DNA from: Dehalococcoidia bacterium
GTDB taxonomy: Bacteria; Chloroflexota; Dehalococcoidia; GIF9; UBA5629
Reading direction: 5' to 3'
NCBI GenBank assembly: GCA_034429855.1
Contig: DAOUFT010000111.1
Coordinates: forward strand, 1-62,034
DNA length: 62,034 bases
Both the position numbers and the translations under genes were made by a program. The notes beneath the pieces were generated by a model, which was not told where the DNA came from, did not search any database, and saw nothing but the letters and a program-made list of their open reading frames with translations. Below, piece by piece: positions 52,931 through 61,041 of this stretch. How positions within the stretch are numbered: the first letter of the stretch is position 1; each line of letters begins with the position of its first letter.

Positions 52931-54249
52931 CGAGTCTCCCCCCCGGATCCCTCCTGATTAGCGGGCGCACCTTCCTTTGCAGCCGGTTTCTTAATATACT
53001 GGAGGTTGGGTTGATGCAAAACGATCGTATTGGGTTCAAGATCGCCGGCGAGGCAGACATGCGATCCCACGGTGGAGTTGGGGCCTATCTTGCGGCCCGG
53101 CAGTATGCCTGAATTAATACCCATTATGCAGTCATCACCGATGATGGCTCCGAAATGATTTCTATCTGTCGATATCCTTTTACCTCCGTATTTCACCCCT
53201 ATCTCGGCCTGGTCGAATCGGAAATTCGCGGTGACGCTGCCGGCCCCGAAGGAGCAACGATTGCCGACAATGGAATCGCCTATATAGGAGGAGTGAAACC
53301 AGCAATCATTTCCGGTGTAGGAGTTTTTTATCTCTGTGGAGTATCCAACCACGCAGTTTGCTCCCACATGGCTGTAATCCCTGACGAGCGCGCCGTTGCC
53401 TATAACTGTGTTTGGCCCGATGTAAACCGGACCGCGCACCACGGCATTTTCAAGTATGCGGACGTTTTTCCCGATGATCACCTTGCCGTCCAGGGTTGCA
53501 CGTTCTGATATTTTGAGCGAGGGGTCGATCTTTTCTTCGGCCGAATCAAGGAAGTACCTGACGATGTCGAAGATATGCCAGGGGTATTTAATGGGAGCCC
53601 AGAAACCGTTGTAGCGTACTACTTTTATTTTATAGGCATGCCTGACCATGCCGTCCATGGCACACTCATAAACATCGTCACGCGTGGTCCTAACGATGTC
53701 TATGTATTCGAAAAGCTTGTGTATATCCGTGTGAAGGTGCAGGAGAATGTTGACCAGGTTGCCGGGTTCGGTCCCCGGTTCGGGCTTTTCCACAATCTGT
53801 GTAAGCTCATTATCTCCATTCACCGCCAGGTAGCCGCCTGGGAAGTAGTGATTTACCTCATATCCGATGATATATGAGGTGGCCTTTCGGCTGCTGTAGG
53901 CATTCAGCAAAGCCTGATATGCAGCTCCGTCAAAAACATCGTTGGGATTGACGATAATAATATCGCTATTGAGGATACCGGCTGCCGATTTTAAAGCGTC
54001 GGCGATACCCAGCGGCTGAGATTGGAGCACAAATTCGAATTTTGCCCCGGCTAAAGAGCCTGCAATCTGTCTAATGCGCTCGATATTATTAGGATTACCT
54101 ATCAATACAAAGTCGTGTAATCCTGCTTTACAGGCCAGTTCCACCTGATGTTCCAGCAATGGCTTCCCCAAAAAATCGAGCAGGAACTTATCCTCCGTAA
54201 TGGGGAACATCCTTTTGCCCACACCTCCACACAGAAAGACGACTTTCAT
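52927..54249 (-). CDS. sugar-1-phosphate nucleotidyltransferase fused to a left-handed beta-helix (acyltransferase-like) domain
   Basis: 440 aa. N-terminal GGVGKRMFPIT NTP-transferase motif. The C-terminal half carries hexapeptide repeats (IG.N..IG...). Sugar and nucleotide specificity are not deducible by eye. Confidence 0.8.
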   Translation of the reverse strand: MKVVFLCGGVGKRMFPITEDKFLLDFLGKPLLEHQVELACKAGLHDFVLIGNPNNIERIRQIAGSLAGAKFEFVLQSQPLGIADALKSAAGILNSDIIIVNPNDVFDGAAYQALLNAYSSRKATSYIIGYEVNHYFPGGYLAVNGDNELTQIVEKPEPGTEPGNLVNILLHLHTDIHKLFEYIDIVRTTRDDVYECAMDGMVRHAYKIKVVRYNGFWAPIKYPWHIFDIVRYFLDSAEEKIDPSLKISERATLDGKVIIGKNVRILENAVVRGPVYIGPNTVIGNGALVRDYSHVGANCVVGYSTEIKNSYTGNDCWFHSSYIGDSIVGNRCSFGAGSVTANFRFDQAEIGVKYGGKRISTDRNHFGAIIGDDCIMGINSGILPGRKIGPNSTVGSHVCLAGDLEPNTIVLHQPNLQYIKKPAAKEGAPANQEGSGGETR

Positions 54250-55601
54250 CAGGCTGCTCCCCTCGTAGCCTCTTTGAGCACGGACAATCCCATATTAAGA
54301 AGGATGCGAACGTGTTGTTCGCTATTAGCTTCAGCCAGCACGCGAATTAGCGGCTCTGTGCCGCTGGCGCGTATCAGCATCCAGCCCTCAGCGAATTCAA
54401 ATCGCAGGCCGTCAAGGTCGTTTAATGAGGTCGCCCTGAGTTTGGCCGACTGCTGTCTGACCCTTTCCATAACCTCCAGTTTCTTTTCATTGGCACAGGG
54501 TATCTTGTCCTTAAGGAAGAACAGAGGAGGAAGTGCAGCTATAAATGAGCGTATGTCGTTCGCATGCTTGATTGAGCGCAGCAGCATCAATGAGGCAAAG
54601 ATACTCTCAGGGTAGTAACCGGCCTGGGGCAATATATAGACCCCGACGGATTCGACACCGAGCGCGGCGTTGTTATCCTGGGCCAGGTGTGCTGCAAATA
54701 CATCACCCACCTTACCCCGGATAACCTGGCCTCCCAGGTCTTTGATGGCCAGGTCGAGCAACATGCCGCTTTCTACCGTGGTAGCAATCAGGCGCTTGCC
54801 AGAGGATTTGATAGCCGCCCTGGCAATAAAGGCAATCATCTCGTTAAAACCCAGGAATCCCGTCTGGTCGCAGAAAACCACACGGTCTGCATCGCCGTCG
54901 AAACAGATGGCGAGATCGGCGTTCTTCTGTCTCAGATATTTTATGGTCCCCAGCAGCGTATCTTCTTTGGGCTCAGGGCTGCGTCCGGGGAAGCGGCCGT
55001 CCGGCGTATCATTAATGGTGAATACTGTAAATCCCAGCTGTTTGAAAATATCGCTGGCCAGACCAGCCGCGGCGCCGTTGCCCGGGTCTATTAGCAGCTT
55101 CATATCGAGATTAAAATCCCAACCGCTGACCAGGGACTTAATGAATTCGATGTAGCGGTCCTTCATATGGGGAAAATGCGTCACCGCACCGGGCCGGCCA
55201 GTCCTGAAAGAACCGCTGTAATAAACTTTCTCGACCTCCTCTTCCTGTGAGCGCCCGTAGCCTATAGCGTCGTGGTTGAAGAGCTTGATGCCGTTGAACT
55301 CGGGCGGATTATGTGATGCCGTAATCATAACGCCGGTGTTAAAATTCATCTCGCGTGTCAGCAGAGCCAGGGCAGGCGTGGGAACTATGCCCGCCTGGGC
55401 TACGTTGACACCGGCGCCTAATAAACCCTCTGTCACAGCTGCCCGAATCATTTCACGGCTGAGGCGGGAATCCATTCCCAGGCAGACCGTTGCGCCGGCG
55501 GGGAGCAGTGTGCCAAGCGCACTGCCAACGTTTTTACAAAGCTCTGCAGTAAGGTCCTGATTGACCACACCCCTGATCCCGCTGGTGCCGAAAAGCCCCA
55601 T
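54249..55601 (-). CDS. phosphoglucosamine/phosphomannomutase-type alpha-D-phosphohexomutase
   Basis: ATG 55601 gives MGLFGTSGIRG, 450 aa, an archaeal-type N-terminus. TASHNP, DGDADR and ASGTEP motifs are present. The ORF-track start 55721 adds 40 unlikely residues. Confidence 0.85.
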   Translation of the reverse strand: MGLFGTSGIRGVVNQDLTAELCKNVGSALGTLLPAGATVCLGMDSRLSREMIRAAVTEGLLGAGVNVAQAGIVPTPALALLTREMNFNTGVMITASHNPPEFNGIKLFNHDAIGYGRSQEEEVEKVYYSGSFRTGRPGAVTHFPHMKDRYIEFIKSLVSGWDFNLDMKLLIDPGNGAAAGLASDIFKQLGFTVFTINDTPDGRFPGRSPEPKEDTLLGTIKYLRQKNADLAICFDGDADRVVFCDQTGFLGFNEMIAFIARAAIKSSGKRLIATTVESGMLLDLAIKDLGGQVIRGKVGDVFAAHLAQDNNAALGVESVGVYILPQAGYYPESIFASLMLLRSIKHANDIRSFIAALPPLFFLKDKIPCANEKKLEVMERVRQQSAKLRATSLNDLDGLRFEFAEGWMLIRASGTEPLIRVLAEANSEQHVRILLNMGLSVLKEATRGAA

Positions 55602-55643
55602 GTTAGTTAACCCCCAGTTACAGTAGATTGATATCGGTAAATG

Positions 55644-55672
55644 ATGGTAATGCCTCTGCCTGCAGATGTCAA
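55644..55672 (-). promoter_or_regulatory. sigma70-like promoter candidate for the mutase-nucleotidyltransferase-uppS string
   Basis: Minus strand: TTGACA (55672-55667), 17-nt spacer, TACCAT (55649-55644). Confidence 0.4.
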
Positions 55673-56026
55673 TCATAATGTGTGCGTCGATCAGCAAGCG
55701 ATAATGGTAGCCGTCCCGCAAGCAAAGAGGGGATTTCAGAGCCGCGTTAATCTATGGATGCGAAAATGTAAATATCTTGACGTATATTGTATAATGCATA
55801 AATGTGGTTGGTTGTAGGGATTTTAGCTATTTAGAACCATATTTGAAGCATCGCTGTCCCAGCCGTTTGGTACGCTATTAATATTTGCCGACGGCAGTCT
55901 GAAAAAAAGGAAGGAGGTGCCAGCTTTTAATTATTAGCAGTAATAGCAGGCCTGATATAGTCCGCGGTGACTATAGATTTCCGACGGTTTAAATCCCAGG
56001 GAATTATTATCAAAGGAGGTTAGTGG

Positions 56027-57379
56027 ATGAAAAGGTTTTTCCTCATTTCTTTTATCAGCATTCTCATTCTTGCCCTTGTACTGCCTGCCTGCGCACCCCA
56101 ACAGCAAGATGTGATTAAGGTGGGCGTTATCGGCCCCATGAAATTCCTTGAAGGGGAACATCACTGGATGGGCGCTCAAATGGCCGCCGAAGAAATCAAT
56201 GCCGCGGGTGGAGTCAACCTGAACGGGAAGAAATATCAGATCGTATTGATCAAGGCGGATTCGAACGAGATACTCAGCCCCACGGACGCCGCCTCTGCTA
56301 TGGAGAGGTTGTTGACCGTGGATAAACCCAACTTTGTAGTCGGCGGTTTCCGGACGGAGGGCGTACTCCCCATGCAGGAAGTGGCCATGAACTACAAGAC
56401 GATCTTTCTCAACTGCGGAGCTGCTACACGGTTGCTGCAGATGAAGGTCGCCGAGAACTACGACCGCTACAAGTATTTCTTTAAGGTTACCCCATATAAC
56501 GAGTATTACCTGGTAAATTCGGATTTCATGATGCTGGGCATGGTGGCGGGAACCCTGAAGAAGCAGTTGAATATCACGGACAAGCTCAGGGTCGCCATCG
56601 TGGCGGAGAAGCTGACCTGGGCGGACGCCATGGTAGAAAAATCTCAAGCAATCATACCAAAGTTAGGCATGGAGGTAACTGGCGTGTGGAGGCCGTCGGA
56701 CACCGCTACCGACGTTAATGCCGAGCTGACGGCAATAGCGGCAACAAATCCTCACATTATATTCCCCACCTTCTCAGGCCCGGTTGGGGTGACCTTCTGC
56801 AAGCAGGCGGGAGAGATGCAGATCCCGGCGGCAATCGTGGGTATCGTGGTCGAAGCTCAAAAATTCGGTTTCTGGGAGGCCACCGGCGGCAAGGGCAACT
56901 ATGTTATGACCCTCAATACGTATGGCCCGGGTGTCGCGATAACCGAAAAGACCATTCCTTTCTTTACCAACTTCGAGAAGAAATTCGGTCAACCTCCCGC
57001 CTACACCGCTGCAACCTATGATGCCATCTATATCATGAAAGATGCCATCGAGAAAGGGCAGACACTCGATCCCGACCTTCTTGTCCCCATTATCGAGAAG
57101 ACCGATTACGTGGGCACAGCCGGCAGGATCATGTATTACGGCATGGATTTCGACGATGCGAAATTCCAGGCGCCCCATGATATAGTTTACGGGCCAGGCT
57201 ATACAACCGGTTTGGGACTGGAATGGGTAGATGGCAAGCAGGTCGGCGTGTGGCCGGCGCTCGGCATAGGGTCCGGCGGCTGGGAAAAAATCGATTATCC
57301 CGGAATTCAGCCCTACGTGATAAATCCCGCAGTGGTACAAAAATTCCAGCAACCAGCTGCTGCCCCTGCTACACAGTAA
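56027..57379 (+). CDS. ABC transporter substrate-binding lipoprotein (Leu/Ile/Val-binding protein family, type I PBP)
   Basis: 450 aa with signal peptide and lipobox (LVLPAC). AAAGGAGG lies 7 nt upstream. IKVGVIGPM...GE is typical of LivJ/LivK-like proteins. Confidence 0.85.
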   Translation: MKRFFLISFISILILALVLPACAPQQQDVIKVGVIGPMKFLEGEHHWMGAQMAAEEINAAGGVNLNGKKYQIVLIKADSNEILSPTDAASAMERLLTVDKPNFVVGGFRTEGVLPMQEVAMNYKTIFLNCGAATRLLQMKVAENYDRYKYFFKVTPYNEYYLVNSDFMMLGMVAGTLKKQLNITDKLRVAIVAEKLTWADAMVEKSQAIIPKLGMEVTGVWRPSDTATDVNAELTAIAATNPHIIFPTFSGPVGVTFCKQAGEMQIPAAIVGIVVEAQKFGFWEATGGKGNYVMTLNTYGPGVAITEKTIPFFTNFEKKFGQPPAYTAATYDAIYIMKDAIEKGQTLDPDLLVPIIEKTDYVGTAGRIMYYGMDFDDAKFQAPHDIVYGPGYTTGLGLEWVDGKQVGVWPALGIGSGGWEKIDYPGIQPYVINPAVVQKFQQPAAAPATQ

Positions 57380-57399
57380 ATAGAATTACGCAGACAATG

Positions 57400-57437
57400 G
57401 CTGGCAGGTCGGATGTTATCCATTCCGGCCTGCCAGC
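57400..57437 (+). terminator. strong hairpin after the binding-protein gene (terminator/attenuator)
   Basis: GCTGGCAGGTCGG-12 nt-CCGGCCTGCCAGC, 13 bp including one G-U pair. The downstream T-tract is poor. Confidence 0.5.
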
Positions 57438-57497
57438 TCTGTAATTCAGAATATTAGACTATCGTCCGGCAGAGGTTGTGCATATGCGACAATATCC

Positions 57498-57525
57498 TTG
57501 CACAGCATTAAAAATAGTGTATAAT
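57498..57525 (+). promoter_or_regulatory. sigma70-like promoter for the permease genes
   Basis: TTGCAC (57498-57503), 16-nt spacer, TATAAT (57520-57525). Confidence 0.5.
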
Positions 57526-57561
57526 AAATAAATTTTAGTTGGGGGAAGGTTTAGGTAAGAG

Positions 57562-58434
57562 ATGTTTCAGGCCTTCGTGATACAGGCGCTGGTGACGGGT
57601 GGGGTTTATGCTCTGCTGGCAGTCGGATTTTCCCTCATTTTCGGTGTGGCTCGTATGGTGAATCTGGCGCATACATCATTTCTCATGCTCGCCGCCTACG
57701 GCATGTTCTACACGACTTACAGGCTGGGCTTGGATGTGTTTACGGCCATACTGATATCCCTGGTCGCCACCGTTATTATAGGCCTGGTCAGCTACAAGTT
57801 GTTCATCGACAGGATACGTGAGCATGAAGTGACCGTCATGCTTATTACGCTTGCGCTGGCAACCATCTTCCAGGAATGCATGGTTCTGGCCTTCGGCGCA
57901 CACTTCAGGGAAGCACCAACGCTTATCCCGGGCTTTGTCGAAGTGCTGGGCGTTAAGATATCCTATCAGCATCTGTTGACCATAGGGGTGGTGGTGGTGG
58001 TGCTGGTAGCCATATGGCTGTTATTGACCAGAACGAAGCTGGGCATCGCCATCAGGGCTACAGCACAGGATACGGAGGTGGCCAATTTGATGGGCATCAA
58101 CGTATCACGGATATTGTTAATCGCCATGGGCATTGCCGCAGCGCTGGCTGCCATTGCCGGCATCGTGGTGGCTCCGTTATGGGTAGTCTATCCTTATATG
58201 TGGATGAATCCGCTGGTTATGATCATGGCTATAGTAGTGCTGGGAGGCCTGGGAAGCATCAAGGGCAGCGTAATCGGCGCCTTCATCATCGGGTTGGTTG
58301 AAGCGGCCGTGGTTTTCTATCTTCCGGGCGGCGCCTTCCTGCGCGGTGCTATCGCGCTGCTGGTTATGGTGATACTGCTGGTGGTCAGGCCCGAGGGACT
58401 CTACGGCATCGTCTTTGAAGAGGAGAGGCTATAG
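57562..58434 (+). CDS. livH: branched-chain amino acid-type ABC transporter permease (LivH family)
   Basis: 290 aa polytopic protein with typical LivH N-terminus (MFQAFVIQALVTGGVYALLAVGFSLIFG). Confidence 0.88.
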   Translation: MFQAFVIQALVTGGVYALLAVGFSLIFGVARMVNLAHTSFLMLAAYGMFYTTYRLGLDVFTAILISLVATVIIGLVSYKLFIDRIREHEVTVMLITLALATIFQECMVLAFGAHFREAPTLIPGFVEVLGVKISYQHLLTIGVVVVVLVAIWLLLTRTKLGIAIRATAQDTEVANLMGINVSRILLIAMGIAAALAAIAGIVVAPLWVVYPYMWMNPLVMIMAIVVLGGLGSIKGSVIGAFIIGLVEAAVVFYLPGGAFLRGAIALLVMVILLVVRPEGLYGIVFEEERL

Positions 58435-59508
58435 GTGTTAAGGAGGCTGTTTAAAGATATCCAGGGCGATATACTCGTTATACCCGGCAGACTGATAGCC
58501 TTTATCTTTCTTCTGGCTCTGTTTTTCGTCCCCCTTATTACACAGGAGTCCTATATCTTATTTGTACTGATACTGGTCAATATCTTCGTCATCTTTGCCG
58601 TAAGCTGGGATTTCATCTCAGGCTATACCGGACAGATCAATTTCGGTCATGCGTTTTTCTTCGGTGTCGCTGCTTATACGGCGGCGCTGCTGAGTAAGAA
58701 TGTCGGATTGGAACCGTGGGCTACAATACCGATCGGAGCGGTAGCTGCAACTGTGGCAGGTGTATTGATGTGCCTTCCCGCCCTCAGGTTGAGGGGGCCA
58801 TATCTCTCGCTGGTAACTCTGGCCATGCCTCTCATATTACTGGGCGTGATCAAGGCGTTTCCCGATTTTACGGGCGGCGAGCATGGCATCTCCGGCCTGC
58901 CTGCATTGGCCGGCTCGAGACTGGCAGAGTACTACATAGCTCTGCTGATTATGATCGCATCGGTGTTTATCATGTGGAAGCTTGTTGACGCCAAAAGCGG
59001 TCTTGTCAGAACCGGCATCATCCTCCACGCCATACGCGAAGACGAAATCGCAGCGCGCGCCACCGGTATCAACACTATACGTTACAAGCTACTGGCATTC
59101 ATAATCGGCGGCTTCTTCGCCGGTCTGGCAGGTGGATTATATGCACATTTTCTCAGAATCGCAGGCCCGGCAACTCTGGATCTGATGCTATCATTTCAGG
59201 CTATTATATGGACCGTATTCGGAGGTATTGTAAGTATCTATGGCGCTGTAGTAGGGGTTTATATCCTGTTTCCTCTGATGGAGCTTTTACGTCAGTTCGG
59301 AGTCCCTATCTGGCCGGGATCGGACATTATGATCTCCGACCTGCGCTTCCTCATATTCTCTTTTCTGGTTATCTTTATCCTGCTCTTCATGCCGGAGGGA
59401 TTTGCGGTGTGGATCAGGGATAAGCTGGAGACGGAATGTCCGCGCTGCAAGCTTTCCAACGCGTCCTGGCGGAAAGAATGCAGGGCCTGTGGGGCCGAGC
59501 TTCATTGA
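58435..59508 (+). CDS. livM: ABC transporter permease (LivM family) with C-terminal Cys4 zinc-ribbon tail
   Basis: GTG start abutting the livH stop. 357 aa with LivM-like GQINFGHAFFFGVAAY. The last 25 aa contain CPRC...CRAC. Confidence 0.85.
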   Translation: MLRRLFKDIQGDILVIPGRLIAFIFLLALFFVPLITQESYILFVLILVNIFVIFAVSWDFISGYTGQINFGHAFFFGVAAYTAALLSKNVGLEPWATIPIGAVAATVAGVLMCLPALRLRGPYLSLVTLAMPLILLGVIKAFPDFTGGEHGISGLPALAGSRLAEYYIALLIMIASVFIMWKLVDAKSGLVRTGIILHAIREDEIAARATGINTIRYKLLAFIIGGFFAGLAGGLYAHFLRIAGPATLDLMLSFQAIIWTVFGGIVSIYGAVVGVYILFPLMELLRQFGVPIWPGSDIMISDLRFLIFSFLVIFILLFMPEGFAVWIRDKLETECPRCKLSNASWRKECRACGAELH

Positions 59509-59527
59509 TTTGCGGAAGTTAGATAAT

Positions 59528-60277
59528 TTAAAGTCCCAGATAGGTCTTTCTTACAGTTTCGTCCTTAAGCAGTTCCTTGGCTGTTCCCTCGGCAATAATG
59601 TGTCCCCTGGACATCACGTAGTTTCTGACAGACAGTGCGAAAGCGAAGCTGACGTCCTGCTCTGCAAGCAGGATGGTGACACCCAGGTCGTGGTAGATCT
59701 CCTCAACTCGCTTGAATAGGTCCTCCTTCAGCTTTGGCGCAAGACCGCTGGAAGGCTCATCCACCAGCATGAATTTTGGACGGCGCATGAGCGACCTGCC
59801 GATGGCCAGCATCTGGCGTTCCCCGCCGGACAGCGTGCCGGATATCTGCTTCTGCCGCTCTTTAAGCCTGGGGAAAAGGGCATATACCCTGGCCAGGCTG
59901 GCGCTAACATCTTTCTTGTTTTTACATAGGTAGGCGCCTGCCAGCAGGTTGTCTTCGACAGTCATCTCGACAAAAGGACGGCCCCGCTCCGGGCAAAGCA
60001 GCAATCCCAGCTTGGCGATTTCCGAGGCTGAAAGTTTTTCGATGCGTTTGCCATCGAATTCAACAGTTCCATTGAAAGTTATATTCTCATCCCTTGTCCC
60101 TTTCAGAACCTCCTTTTCCCAGTTGATCAACCCGACTATGGCTCGCAGCAGAGTTGTTTTTCCGGCGCCGTTGGGTCCGACCAGCCCCACCAACTCACCC
60201 TGTTCAACCTTAAGGCTTGCATCGTCCAGCACCATGGCTGTGTCATAGCGGACTGTTACATTCCTTACCTCAAGCAA
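59528..60277 (-). CDS. livF: ABC transporter ATP-binding protein (LivF family)
   Basis: 249 aa with Walker A GPNGAGKTT, signature LSGGERQ and Walker B MLVDE. Confidence 0.9.
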   Translation of the reverse strand: MLEVRNVTVRYDTAMVLDDASLKVEQGELVGLVGPNGAGKTTLLRAIVGLINWEKEVLKGTRDENITFNGTVEFDGKRIEKLSASEIAKLGLLLCPERGRPFVEMTVEDNLLAGAYLCKNKKDVSASLARVYALFPRLKERQKQISGTLSGGERQMLAIGRSLMRRPKFMLVDEPSSGLAPKLKEDLFKRVEEIYHDLGVTILLAEQDVSFAFALSVRNYVMSRGHIIAEGTAKELLKDETVRKTYLGL

Positions 60278-61040
60278 CGAGCACCTCCTTGCCGGTATAT
60301 GCTTCTATAACGCGCTTATCCCGGGATATCTCCTCGGGTGTGCCCTGTGCCAGCACCTCGCCGAAGTTCAATACTATTACCCGGTCCACTATTTTCATCA
60401 GCTCGCTTAGTTTGTGTTCGATGATCAACATGGCCGGACCCTCGCTGTGCAGCCGGCCGAAGCGACCGCCCTTGTGCAGTCTCTTGATCGAACGGGCCAC
60501 GAGCTCGGTTTCCGCCGGGTTCAATCCTCCGAAAGGTTCATCGAGCAACATCAGCTCCGGCTCAGTGGCTATGGCCCTGGCCACTTCCAGCCGCTTTAAA
60601 TCGCCGTGCGAAAGTATGGAGGCAGGCTCGAGAGCAAGGTCGGCAATGCCCACAAACTCAAGCGCATCACGCGCTTTTATCTCGGCCCTTTTCACCCATT
60701 CACCCCGCTTGCTGATCCTCGGGCAGAGGCAGCCGACCATGACATTCGCGATGATGGGCAGGTGTCTGAATGGTTTGACGACTTGGAAGGTGCCTACCAT
60801 GCCGCGCTGCACGATCTCCCAGGGACGGCGCTTTGTAATATCCTCACCCTTGAAACGGATGGCGCCGGAATCGGGTTTGAGAATTCCCAGCAGGCAACGT
60901 ATAAGAGTAGTCTTTCCGGCCCCGTTAGGTCCGATCAGACCAACGATCTCGTCCTGTGCCACTTGGAAGCTGACGTTGTTGACTGCGACAAGGCCGCCGA
61001 AACGTTTGGTTACATTCTCTACCTCGAAAAAGGCCGCCAT
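60270..61040 (-). CDS. livG: ABC transporter ATP-binding protein (LivG family)
   Basis: 256 aa with Walker A GPNGAGKTT, a degenerate signature LSHGDLK and Walker B MLLDEP. Overlaps livF by 8 nt. Confidence 0.9.
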   Translation of the reverse strand: MAAFFEVENVTKRFGGLVAVNNVSFQVAQDEIVGLIGPNGAGKTTLIRCLLGILKPDSGAIRFKGEDITKRRPWEIVQRGMVGTFQVVKPFRHLPIIANVMVGCLCPRISKRGEWVKRAEIKARDALEFVGIADLALEPASILSHGDLKRLEVARAIATEPELMLLDEPFGGLNPAETELVARSIKRLHKGGRFGRLHSEGPAMLIIEHKLSELMKIVDRVIVLNFGEVLAQGTPEEISRDKRVIEAYTGKEVLVA

Positions 61041-61041
61041 A

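Noticed and set aside
57399-57446. 15-codon ORF MAGRSDVIHSGLPAL after the binding-protein gene
   Set aside because: It coincides exactly with the 13-bp terminator-like hairpin and has no SD.
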